Source of the DNA: an uncultured Flavobacteriaceae bacterium
Lineage (GTDB): Bacteria; Bacteroidota; Bacteroidia; Flavobacteriales; Weeksellaceae
Direction: 5' to 3'
Assembly (NCBI GenBank): GCA_963509715.1
Contig: CAUPCB010000004.1
Span: 3,888 to 67,887 of the forward strand
DNA length: 64,000 nt
Position numbers and translations under genes: made by a program. Shown here one piece after another: positions 38,034 to 46,566 of this stretch. The notes beneath the pieces were generated by a model. It saw nothing but the letters and a program-made list of their open reading frames with translations. It did no database searches and was not told the origin of the DNA. Positions within the stretch are counted from its first letter, which is position 1. Each line of letters begins with the position of its first letter.

Positions 38034-38771
38034 TTAGTTATAATATTCTATGGTTCTCTCGCTTATCATAAGTGGTTTATTCTCTGATATCGTTATTTTT
38101 TCTATCCAGTTTTTATTATCATCATATTTATAGCGATATTTCAGAACAGTGTCATCGGATTTCTTTTTGACCATATCATTGTATCTGTTATACCTGTATC
38201 GCGCTTGGTCTATTTTTTCTCCTTTTTCGTTAAATACGATATCTCTGACTTTGTTTCCTTTTTTATCATACTCAAACACAAATCTTCTGTACAGCGGTTC
38301 TACATTTATATTATTGTATATATGCTCTATTCTGTATCCTTTATCGTTATATTTGTAGTATGATTTGGTAAGTACATTTCCATTTTCATCAGAATAGGTA
38401 GTTTCTATTATATTTCCCTTGTCATCATACTTGTCCTCAAAACCTTTATTAGGATTTCTATAAGTATTTATTCTTTCACGAAGTATATCATTTTTCGGCA
38501 GGCGGATAACCTCCGTTACATTATTATTTGCATCATAATATATGACTTCTTCGCCCTCGCCATAGGAGTTATATGTCGTTTTTCTATTTTCAAAATTAGA
38601 AATAATCTCTCCTTTTATGATGTTATTTTTATTGTCTTTAGCCGTGAGGAACATCGTCACCTTTACAGATTTCACTTTCTGTTTTAGGTTATCTCTGTCC
38701 CAGTCTGTTTTTACCTGTCCAAAAGCATATCCAGCAGTCAGCATCAAGGCTGATATTAGTATTTTGTTCAT
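38034..38771 (-). CDS. secreted protein made of short YD/RHS-like repeats
   Basis: 245 aa. Signal peptide, then repeated Y-x-Y-(D/N)-x-x-G-N modules (DKYDDKGNIIE, YKYNDKGYRIE, FEYDKKGNKVR, YKYDDNKNWIE). Confidence 0.5.
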   Translation of the reverse strand: MNKILISALMLTAGYAFGQVKTDWDRDNLKQKVKSVKVTMFLTAKDNKNNIIKGEIISNFENRKTTYNSYGEGEEVIYYDANNNVTEVIRLPKNDILRERINTYRNPNKGFEDKYDDKGNIIETTYSDENGNVLTKSYYKYNDKGYRIEHIYNNINVEPLYRRFVFEYDKKGNKVRDIVFNEKGEKIDQARYRYNRYNDMVKKKSDDTVLKYRYKYDDNKNWIEKITISENKPLMISERTIEYYN

Positions 38772-38810
38772 TTGTTTATGTGTTTCTATTTTAGTTTAAT
38801 TATTTCTATT

Positions 38811-39605
38811 TTAAATAGCCACAGGAGCTTTTATCCCTGGGTGCGGGTCATAGTTTTCCAGTGTAAAATCATTAAAATCAAAATCAAAAATATTTTTGAT
38901 TTCTGGATTTAGTTTCATCGTCGGTAAAGATTTTGGCTCTCGGGAAAGCTGTTTTTCCACCTGCTCAAAATGATTATTATAAATATGCACATCACCAAAA
39001 GTATGCACATACTCACCAACTTTCAAATCACAAACTTGAGCTACCATCATCAGCAGAAGAGCATAGCTGGCGATGTTAAACGGCACTCCCAGAAACACAT
39101 CTGCACTTCTCTGATAGAGTTGCAAAGACAGTTTCCCATCCGCTACATAAAACTGAAACATCGCATGACAAGGAGCCAGTGCCATTTTTGGCAGCTCTGC
39201 CACATTCCATGCAGATACGATGAGCCTGCGGCTGTCAGGATTTTTCTTGATTTGGTCTATCACTTCGCTGATTTGGTCTATCACCTTGCCATCTGCTCCT
39301 TGCCAACTTCTCCACTGGGCACCATACACAGGTCCAAGGTTTCCCTCTGCATCTGCCCATTCATCCCAAATCGTAACACCATTTTCCTGAAGATATTTCA
39401 CATTCGTATCTCCTTTTAAAAACCAAAGAAGCTCATAGATAATGGATTTAAGATGAACTTTCTTAGTCGTTACCAGCGGAAATCCTTTGCTCAAATCATA
39501 TCTCAGCTGATATCCGAACACACTCCGCGTTCCTGTCCCTGTCCTATCCGTTTTATCTGTTCCGTTTTCTTTTATATATCGTAATAAATCTAAATAATTT
39601 TGCAT
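38811..39605 (-). CDS. thyA: thymidylate synthase
   Basis: 264 aa. DRTGTGT, LPPCH-equivalent [13 protein letters not shown], and a conserved C-terminus ending in PVAI. Confidence 0.97.
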   Translation of the reverse strand: MQNYLDLLRYIKENGTDKTDRTGTGTRSVFGYQLRYDLSKGFPLVTTKKVHLKSIIYELLWFLKGDTNVKYLQENGVTIWDEWADAEGNLGPVYGAQWRSWQGADGKVIDQISEVIDQIKKNPDSRRLIVSAWNVAELPKMALAPCHAMFQFYVADGKLSLQLYQRSADVFLGVPFNIASYALLLMMVAQVCDLKVGEYVHTFGDVHIYNNHFEQVEKQLSREPKSLPTMKLNPEIKNIFDFDFNDFTLENYDPHPGIKAPVAI

Positions 39606-39625
39606 TTATTCTTTCAAAATGTCCA

Positions 39626-39633
39626 CAAATATA
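39626..39633 (-). promoter_or_regulatory. -7 box (TATATTTG) upstream of thyA
   Basis: TAnnTTTG match on the minus strand, 21 nt upstream of ATG 39605. Confidence 0.4.
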
Positions 39634-39677
39634 ACTAAATTTCATAGAAAGGCAAGGATTTTTTTTAAATTTGCAAA

Positions 39678-40532
39678 ATGGCAAAACGAAAGAGAAAAAA
39701 ATCTAAATCTAAGATTAAAAAAAATAAAAACCGCTCATACTTATTCATTTCCCTTGGGCTGTTTTTTTTATTGGCTGTTGGACTTGTTGCATTACTGAAA
39801 AAAAATCAGATAATGTATTATTATACAATGTATTTCGGCGAAAAACAAGCACCAAAACTGACCAACTCCCCTTTTGAAACGCAGAGAATCAATAAAATTA
39901 TAAAAAACTATTCAGACAAAACATTCGGATTAGATATATCACATTACCAAGAGCGGGAGCATATCAACTGGGAAAAACTCACCATTTCAAACGGCGCTAT
40001 TCCACTAGAATTCATCGTATTACGAGCCACTATGGGCAGCGATGGAAAGGACAAGCATTTTACTCATTATTGGGAAAAAGCTAAAAACCACGGACTTACC
40101 CGCGGCGCCTATCATTTCTATCGTCCAGATGAAGACCCTGTCACTCAGGCAGATTCATATATCAGGAGCGTAAATCTCTCTTTTGGCGATATGAGGCCTG
40201 TTTTAGATGTAGAAAAACTACCAAAAACCAAATCCAAAGAACAATTCATAAAAGACCTCTATATTTGGATAGATATAATAGAAAAACACTATGGCAAAAA
40301 ACCTATTCTCTACACATACTACTATTTTTATAAAGACCACCTAAAAGGACAATTTGATGAATGCCCTCTCTGGATAGCAAACTACAATGATGTTCCACAG
40401 CCCTCCGATACTGACCCATGGAAAATATGGCAATTTACAGAAAACGGAATATCAGACGGTATAGAAACCAAAATAGACCTTAATGTCTATAATGGCAACA
40501 AATGGGAAATGAGAGAACTTTTAATAGATTAA
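39678..40532 (+). CDS. glycoside hydrolase family 25 muramidase with polybasic N-terminus and TM anchor
   Basis: 284 aa. MAKRKRKKSKSKIKKNKNR, then a hydrophobic helix, then the GH25 core (GLDISHYQ..., RGAYHFY, DLNVYNG). Confidence 0.8.
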   Translation: MAKRKRKKSKSKIKKNKNRSYLFISLGLFFLLAVGLVALLKKNQIMYYYTMYFGEKQAPKLTNSPFETQRINKIIKNYSDKTFGLDISHYQEREHINWEKLTISNGAIPLEFIVLRATMGSDGKDKHFTHYWEKAKNHGLTRGAYHFYRPDEDPVTQADSYIRSVNLSFGDMRPVLDVEKLPKTKSKEQFIKDLYIWIDIIEKHYGKKPILYTYYYFYKDHLKGQFDECPLWIANYNDVPQPSDTDPWKIWQFTENGISDGIETKIDLNVYNGNKWEMRELLID

Positions 40533-40587
40533 ACACTTTATTTAAATTTAAATCAAATTTCTTTATAATTTTAAATTTTATCTAAAA

Positions 40588-40622
40588 ATAAAAAATCCTG
40601 CCCAAAAGCAGGATTCTTATTT
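40588..40622. terminator. bidirectional terminator between the GH25 and HAEPLYID genes
   Basis: AATCCTGC (40594-40601) pairs with GCAGGATT (40608-40615), with an A-run upstream and a T-rich tract downstream. Confidence 0.75.
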
Positions 40623-40624
40623 TA

Positions 40625-41500
40625 TTAGTGTTTTTTATGAGGCGGTTCATAAACAAGTCTGATGAAACCACTATATCCCTCATATTGTCTGTTAGTAGGA
40701 ACTCCAACCACCAAACCTAGAATAGTGTTATCATTTAGAGCTACTCTAATCTGTGGTCTAAGCACCATATTAAATCTCTCTTTAGTAATACTCTTATTCA
40801 CCTCCAAACCAACAAAGTTTCTAGAATTTGGAATTAGATAATGGATACTCGAGTTAATCTGCCAGTCTGTATCCACATGATTGCTTCCAAAATGATGCGT
40901 GAAAACAGGCCCTGCATACACCATCGTACTGATGCTGTGAGTTTTACCCCATCCCTTTGCTACTACAAAGAACGGATTATAAACATTCCCTGTGAAAAAT
41001 TTCCCATTTCCATAGTTTCTGAAAGAGTTCAGCTCTATTTCATTGAGGTAACCTATCGCCATGGAAGTATAGGCTTTTTTGTTCACCAAGAAAGTATACT
41101 GGATAGAGGTTTTGATACCTGCAACACCTGTCCCTGGTGATTTATGTGGAAGCTTTTCCGCAGAAGTATATACATTAAAAGGTACTTCTACTTCCAAACT
41201 AAGCCTATCAGCCACCGCCCACTCATATTCTACTAATGGATAAAGCTCATAGTAACCATTATTTTCTGTAACACCCATAGCTACATTCCATTCTCTTTCA
41301 CCTTTTCTCGCCCCGAGATCTCTCATCAAGTCGATATACAAAGGCTCTGCGTGGTGCAGTTTCAGTGGTTTTCCTTCCTCATCGTCATGAGCCGCCACAG
41401 CTGCTTCTTCCACTTTTACACTATCTACAGCCTGCTCTTGAGCTGTAGCAAATCCTGAAAAAACCACCAAAGCAGCTAATCCAAAAATTCTCTTAATCAT
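40625..41500 (-). CDS. outer-membrane-type protein carrying the HAEPLYID motif (HAEPLYID family, function unknown)
   Basis: The track start at 41512 is TTG, and ATG 41500 gives MIKRIFGLAALVVFSGFATAQ (signal peptide). Literal HAEPLYID is present. Beta-strand-rich, with aromatic residues near the C-terminus. Confidence 0.55.
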   Translation of the reverse strand: MIKRIFGLAALVVFSGFATAQEQAVDSVKVEEAAVAAHDDEEGKPLKLHHAEPLYIDLMRDLGARKGEREWNVAMGVTENNGYYELYPLVEYEWAVADRLSLEVEVPFNVYTSAEKLPHKSPGTGVAGIKTSIQYTFLVNKKAYTSMAIGYLNEIELNSFRNYGNGKFFTGNVYNPFFVVAKGWGKTHSISTMVYAGPVFTHHFGSNHVDTDWQINSSIHYLIPNSRNFVGLEVNKSITKERFNMVLRPQIRVALNDNTILGLVVGVPTNRQYEGYSGFIRLVYEPPHKKH

Positions 41501-41550
41501 AATTCTATTCAATTTTTATCTAATTTCTGTACAATAATACAAATATTTTT

Positions 41551-42636
41551 TTAATTCCTAATTTTCAGTAATATTTCCTCGTATTTACCCAAAATTATTT
41601 CCTTTGAAAATCGGTTTTTGATAGAATTAATGATAAGATTTTTTTCCGTTTTTCGAGTAGAAAGAACTTCTTTTATCTTCTCTGCAAACTGCTGATGCTC
41701 ATTGATATCCGAAATTTCCCCATTGATTCCCTCTTCTACTATCTCCCTGATTCCCCCTGGGCAGTCATTCGCCAGCGCATACACACCGCAAGCACCTGCT
41801 TCCAAAAGGACATTTGGGAAACCTTCATAGCGCGAAGAAAGTATAAACAAATCCGAAAATTTCAGGTATTGATAAGGGTTTTTCTGCTGTCCGTGGAAAA
41901 TTACATTTTCCAGCTGCATATCCTGTTTCATTTGGAAAAAAAGTTCCCTATCCGCCCCATCGCCCAGAATATGGAGTTTTATTTTTTCATTTTTCAAGAA
42001 AGAGAAAACTTTCAAAAGATTATCAAAACCCTTTCGTGAGGAAAGATTTCCTATCGCCAGAACATTTTTAAACTCCGTATCAAAACCCTCTGGCTTTTCC
42101 GAAATCATCAGTTTTTCATTGATAAAATCAAAATCAACAGGGTTATTGATTTTAAATATTTTCTCTTTTTTAATCTTGAAATTCTCAATCAAATCATTCG
42201 TCATATCATCACTTTGGGTAATGATTTGATGAAAATTATTATAAAATCGGTAAAAAAATCGGATTTCCTTTCGTGTAACATGCTTTGAAACTACATTGGT
42301 CTCGCGCGAAATGAATTTGGTTTTCCTAAAAAACGGAATAAACGGAGAAACGAACGCCGAAATCTCGCCCCAGCCACAGAAAACAATGTCTGGCTTTCGC
42401 TGTCTTATCGTTTTCAAAATAGGCAACAAAGAAGAACGAATACTTTTGGTATTCGCTTCTATAATTTCTACATCTTCCTTCAAGAAATCCAGATACTCGC
42501 CCACCTTTTCAAATAGGAAAAGACTCGGCTGAAATTTTTCTCTCGGTAGATGATTGCATATCGTGGTAATTATCCGTTCTGCCCCGCCCATTTTCAGGTT
42601 GGGCAGAATGAACATTACCGAAATTTTTTGACTCAT
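41551..42636 (-). CDS. glycosyltransferase family 4 (GT-B fold)
   Basis: 361 aa. The C-terminal half has the EGFPNVLLEAGACG motif (E-x7-E type). Confidence 0.85.
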   Translation of the reverse strand: MSQKISVMFILPNLKMGGAERIITTICNHLPREKFQPSLFLFEKVGEYLDFLKEDVEIIEANTKSIRSSLLPILKTIRQRKPDIVFCGWGEISAFVSPFIPFFRKTKFISRETNVVSKHVTRKEIRFFYRFYNNFHQIITQSDDMTNDLIENFKIKKEKIFKINNPVDFDFINEKLMISEKPEGFDTEFKNVLAIGNLSSRKGFDNLLKVFSFLKNEKIKLHILGDGADRELFFQMKQDMQLENVIFHGQQKNPYQYLKFSDLFILSSRYEGFPNVLLEAGACGVYALANDCPGGIREIVEEGINGEISDINEHQQFAEKIKEVLSTRKTEKNLIINSIKNRFSKEIILGKYEEILLKIRN

Positions 42637-42639
42637 AAT

Positions 42640-42960
42640 CTACAATACCGAGAAATCTGGCGATTGGTTGTTAAGTACATGATTCATAATGACTTTCCCT
42701 GCTTCTTGTTTAAAGAAAAAGAACCAAGTTATTTTATCATCTATCATGTATCTTAGGTATTTTTTCTCTGCCACATGCACCTTTTCTGGCGTATCTACGG
42801 CTTTATCCAGATTATTTTCTATAAATTCATAGACCTCGCCTACCATTTCTTCGGCTCTGTCTATTCTATTGAGAATACCCTCTCTGAACAAAATATTCAA
42901 CTGGCTGTCCAAACTATGAACAAACTTTCTGCTGTATACTATTTCTAATCTCTCCACCAT
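42640..42960 (-). CDS. hypothetical 106-aa protein with RelE/ParE-like toxin topology
   Basis: Short N-terminal strand (LEIVYSRKF), two helices, then YLRYMIDDKITWFFFFKQEAGKVIMNHVL strand pattern. Overlaps the upstream gene by 16 nt. Call made from pattern only. Confidence 0.35.
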   Translation of the reverse strand: MVERLEIVYSRKFVHSLDSQLNILFREGILNRIDRAEEMVGEVYEFIENNLDKAVDTPEKVHVAEKKYLRYMIDDKITWFFFFKQEAGKVIMNHVLNNQSPDFSVL

Positions 42961-43256
42961 CCTTGTATTTTTTTAATTGACTGCTTCTTAGCATCTTCCA
43001 AAGAAAACGCTTCATCAAACTCTGCTAAAAACCCTTCACTTGCTCCCTCAAATTTTAAATAATCTTCACTCAAAACAATCTCCCCAAAGCCTCTACTTCC
43101 TGACTTTACCACAGTAGAACATACCGTAGGCTCAGCAAAAGGAACTCCGAAAATCTCATTCTTGAAATTGATAAGATTCTTTATCACCTGCTCATCATTA
43201 AGGTTGATAACCCACCTTAGCAGCTCCATTTTTTCTTCTAATATTTTTGAATCCAT
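42945..43256 (-). CDS. hypothetical 103-aa protein, antitoxin-like partner
   Basis: The N-terminal KMELLRWVINLNDEQVIKNLINF resembles Bacteroidota addiction-module antitoxin N-termini. Lies 25 nt downstream of recQ. Confidence 0.3.
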   Translation of the reverse strand: MDSKILEEKMELLRWVINLNDEQVIKNLINFKNEIFGVPFAEPTVCSTVVKSGSRGFGEIVLSEDYLKFEGASEGFLAEFDEAFSLEDAKKQSIKKIQGWWRD

Positions 43257-43281
43257 TTATAATTTTTTAAAAATTTCTAAT

Positions 43282-45474
43282 TTAATTTGCTACATCACTG
43301 ATGAATTTTATTCTAAGCATTCGGATTTCTTCATCAGTCAAATCATCCGAAAACTCGGCACAAAGCACTTTCATGCTGTCACTTTCTGACTCTTTCATGA
43401 AATCCATAAACTCCTCCACCAAATCTTCATCTATATTTTCCTCGATATAATAGTCTATATTAAGCTTAGTTCCTTGATAAACAATACTTTCCATTTCAGA
43501 AAGAAGCTCATCCATCGTCAAGTTTTTAGCCTGAGCGATATCCTCCAAATCCATCTTTTTATCGGTATTTTGGATGATGAAAACTTTGTGGTTAGACTTA
43601 TTGACCAGCTGTTTCAGAACCATATCCTGCATACGCTCTATATTGTTCTCTTCCACATACTTAGCAATAAACTCCGCAAATTCCTTTCCGTATTTTTTAG
43701 CTTTCCCTTCGCCTACTCCATAGATTTTTGTAATTTCCTCTATAGTAATAGGATACTGCACCGTCATATCCTCCAAACTAGGGTCCATAAAGACCGTATA
43801 AGGCGGAATTCCGTGTTTTTTAGCAACAGATTTTCTCAGCTCTTTCAGCTGGTTATACAGATTTTCATCCAAACCTCCACCACTCTGCATCTGAACCTGC
43901 TCCGAAGCGGCTTGGCTAAGGTCATACTTTCTGTCTTCGGCTATCATGAACGGATTTTTTTCTTTTCCAGCCAAGAAGTCAAGTCCTTTTTGAGATAATT
44001 TTAAAACACCATAGGTCTCAATATCTTTATTGATGTAGTTCTGCACCAAAGCCTGTCTGATGATGGATTTCCAGAAATTATCTGTCTGCTCTTTTCCTTT
44101 ACTAAAGAAAGAAGAGTTTTCTAATTTATAAGACTTCGTAACTGGAGTTTCTCGCCCTAAAAGCACTGAAATCAAATCATTTATCTTAAATTTCTCTTCC
44201 AGTTCTTTTATCAGTTCCAAAACTACTTTCAGTTCTTTGGAAACATCTTTCAGAGTCGGAGGATTTACAGAATTATCGCACATTTTGGCTCCAGCGCCAT
44301 TTACAGGGTCAAACTGTTCCCCAAAATAATACAGCAAATACTGTCTTCTGTTCATCGAAGTTTCCGCATAGCCCACCACTTCATTCAAAAGCTGAAGACC
44401 AATTTCTCTCTCCGAAACAGGTTTTTGAGCCAGAAACTTCTCTAATTTGTCTATATCTTTCGGGTCATAAAAAGCCAAACAATAGCCCTCGCCGCCATCT
44501 CTTCCTGCTCTTCCTGTTTCTTGATAGTAGCTTTCCAAAGATTTCGGAATATCATAATGAATCACAAAACGAACATCTGGCTTGTCTATCCCCATCCCAA
44601 AGGCTATGGTAGCGACAATCACATCCACTTCCTCCATCAGGAACTTGTCCTGATTTGCTACTCGGGATTTCGCGTCTAATCCTGCGTGATACGGCAGAGC
44701 ATTGATTCCATTCACTTGCAAAAGCTGGGCAAATTCCTCCACTTTCTTTCTACTGAGACAATACACTATCCCTGCTTTGCCTTTATTTTGGTTAATGAAC
44801 TTCACTATTTCCTTATCTACATTCACTTTTGGGCGAACTTCGTAGAATAGATTTGGTCTGTTAAAACTTTCCTTAAAGACCACAGCATCAGTCATTCCCA
44901 ATGTTTTTTGAATATCATCCTGAACTTTGGGCGTTGCAGTAGCCGTCAGGGCAATCACAGGAACATTTGCTATTTGGTCTATAATGGTTTTTAGATTACG
45001 ATATTCAGGGCGGAAATCATGTCCCCATTCCGAGATACAGTGCGCCTCATCTATAGCCACAAAGGAAATTTTCACTTCCTTCAAAAAGTCTAAATATTCT
45101 TCTTTTATCAAACTTTCAGGCGCTACATAGAGCAGTTTGGTTTTCCCAGATTTTATATCATCCATTACAGTTTTAGTCTGGGTTTTATTGAGAGAAGAAT
45201 TCAGTACATGAGCCACTCCTTCCTCGGAAAACAGCCCATTCACCGCATCTACCTGATTTTTCATCAAGGCTATAAGCGGAGAAACTACGATTGCCGTTCC
45301 CTCGCTCATCAGAGCGGGAAGCTGGTAGCAAAGAGACTTACCACCACCTGTCGGCATCAAAACGAAAACATCTCTACCCTCCAAGAGCGTAGAAATAATT
45401 TCCTCCTGATGTCCTTTAAAATTAGAAAAACCAAAATATTTTTTTAGAGAATCTGATATTTTCCCATTTTTCAT
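43282..45474 (-). CDS. recQ: ATP-dependent DNA helicase RecQ
   Basis: 730 aa. Helicase motifs MPTGGGKS, DEAHCISEWGHDFRP and TATAT, followed by RQC and HRDC regions. Confidence 0.95.
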   Translation of the reverse strand: MKNGKISDSLKKYFGFSNFKGHQEEIISTLLEGRDVFVLMPTGGGKSLCYQLPALMSEGTAIVVSPLIALMKNQVDAVNGLFSEEGVAHVLNSSLNKTQTKTVMDDIKSGKTKLLYVAPESLIKEEYLDFLKEVKISFVAIDEAHCISEWGHDFRPEYRNLKTIIDQIANVPVIALTATATPKVQDDIQKTLGMTDAVVFKESFNRPNLFYEVRPKVNVDKEIVKFINQNKGKAGIVYCLSRKKVEEFAQLLQVNGINALPYHAGLDAKSRVANQDKFLMEEVDVIVATIAFGMGIDKPDVRFVIHYDIPKSLESYYQETGRAGRDGGEGYCLAFYDPKDIDKLEKFLAQKPVSEREIGLQLLNEVVGYAETSMNRRQYLLYYFGEQFDPVNGAGAKMCDNSVNPPTLKDVSKELKVVLELIKELEEKFKINDLISVLLGRETPVTKSYKLENSSFFSKGKEQTDNFWKSIIRQALVQNYINKDIETYGVLKLSQKGLDFLAGKEKNPFMIAEDRKYDLSQAASEQVQMQSGGGLDENLYNQLKELRKSVAKKHGIPPYTVFMDPSLEDMTVQYPITIEEITKIYGVGEGKAKKYGKEFAEFIAKYVEENNIERMQDMVLKQLVNKSNHKVFIIQNTDKKMDLEDIAQAKNLTMDELLSEMESIVYQGTKLNIDYYIEENIDEDLVEEFMDFMKESESDSMKVLCAEFSDDLTDEEIRMLRIKFISDVAN

Positions 45475-45532
45475 ACTTACTTATTTGTTTTTAGTTTTTA
45501 TTCAAAAATCAATTTTGTGAGGTGTCTTTTAT

Positions 45533-45540
45533 CAAAGATA
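45533..45540 (-). promoter_or_regulatory. -7 box (TATCTTTG) upstream of recQ
   Basis: TAnnTTTG match on the minus strand, 59 nt upstream of ATG 45474. Confidence 0.4.
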
Positions 45541-45625
45541 AGAAATAAATTTGATTTGCAAAAAATGTTAAACAATTTTTATTCTTAGTTCTTGACCACT
45601 AAAAAGTTATTTTTATGCCTTAAAT

Positions 45626-46081
45626 CTACTCTTTTCCTTCCTCTTCTTTTCTATAAATCAAGCAGTCATGAGGAAATTTTTCAATTATAAGAGTATTATC
45701 TGAAACATACTTTTTTAAATCTATTGTATATTCTCCTCTTTTGAAATAAACTCGTTTAACTCCCATAATAGGATGGTGTGGTATGGGTTCTATGTAAATT
45801 TTCATGGTATCTTTTTTATAAACTAAGATATTCATCCCTTGTGATAGTCCATGATTTTCTCTTTCCTTTTTATCAGAAAAGTATTTTATACCATTTTCAA
45901 TTTTTTGTAGATAGATTTCTTTATTTTCCCTATAGAATTTATCCACACTTAAACCTTCCCAAAGAGGCTGAGCATTTACATAACTATAACTGTATAAGAG
46001 AATAATTGATAAAAATTTTATGCCTATTACACCTATTTTTTCATTGGATAAATATTTGCTAATAAAGTTTTTATTCTTCAT
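45626..46081 (-). CDS. hypothetical secreted protein, paralogue 2 of a tandem pair
   Basis: 151 aa. Signal ends in VNAQPL. Shares YKKDTMxIYI and C-terminal FPHDCLIYRKEEE with its neighbour. Its ATG is embedded in the last codons of the upstream paralogue. Confidence 0.45.
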   Translation of the reverse strand: MKNKNFISKYLSNEKIGVIGIKFLSIILLYSYSYVNAQPLWEGLSVDKFYRENKEIYLQKIENGIKYFSDKKERENHGLSQGMNILVYKKDTMKIYIEPIPHHPIMGVKRVYFKRGEYTIDLKKYVSDNTLIIEKFPHDCLIYRKEEEGKE

Positions 46082-46472
46082 CTTTTCTATAAATTAAACA
46101 ATCATTAGGGAAACTTTTTATATGATAATCACTATCAAATCTACAATTTTTAAAGTTTATTGAAAATTTTCCTTTCTGAAAATGTAGATTTTGAATAAAA
46201 ATTTGTTTTCTTTCTTCTAAATTTATGTAAATATCCATAGTATCTTTTTTATAAATGAAAACATTTCTGCTCTTATTTGTTATTGCCATAGGTATCGTTT
46301 TTTTCATAGATGAAGACAAAAAATAAATAGTTTCTAAATTATTTGTCTTTATCTTTTTCACAGAAAGAGGTTTCTTTGAAACAGAGATACTATCAACAAT
46401 AATTATTGTAGGCAAGGGCTGTGCATTTAAATGGAAAAATACGAATGACAAGAAAACAATTAAATATCTCAT
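46071..46472 (-). CDS. hypothetical secreted protein, paralogue 1 of a tandem pair
   Basis: 133 aa. Signal ends in LNAQPL. Has YKKDTMDIYI and C-terminal FPNDCLIYRKDEE. Confidence 0.45.
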   Translation of the reverse strand: MRYLIVFLSFVFFHLNAQPLPTIIIVDSISVSKKPLSVKKIKTNNLETIYFLSSSMKKTIPMAITNKSRNVFIYKKDTMDIYINLEERKQIFIQNLHFQKGKFSINFKNCRFDSDYHIKSFPNDCLIYRKDEE

Positions 46473-46524
46473 AGTTATTGTATCATATGTTTTATTCCCA
46501 TTATTATTTTTAGAAAAAAATTAT

Positions 46525-46532
46525 TATTTTTG
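46525..46532 (+). promoter_or_regulatory. -7 box (TATTTTTG) upstream of kpsF
   Basis: TAnnTTTG match 35 nt upstream of the TTG start at 46567. Confidence 0.35.
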
Positions 46533-46566
46533 AACGGAAATGTAAAAGTAATAAAATTTTACCAAA

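Noticed and set aside
38970-39419. 149-aa plus-strand ORF
   Set aside because: Antisense shadow inside thyA, whose identity is unambiguous.
39666-39673. TAAATTTG -7-like box immediately upstream of the GH25 gene
   Set aside because: It ends only 4 nt before ATG 39678, so a transcript initiated from it would start inside the coding sequence. I did not call it as this gene's promoter.
43474-43998. 174-aa plus-strand ORF
   Set aside because: Antisense shadow inside recQ.
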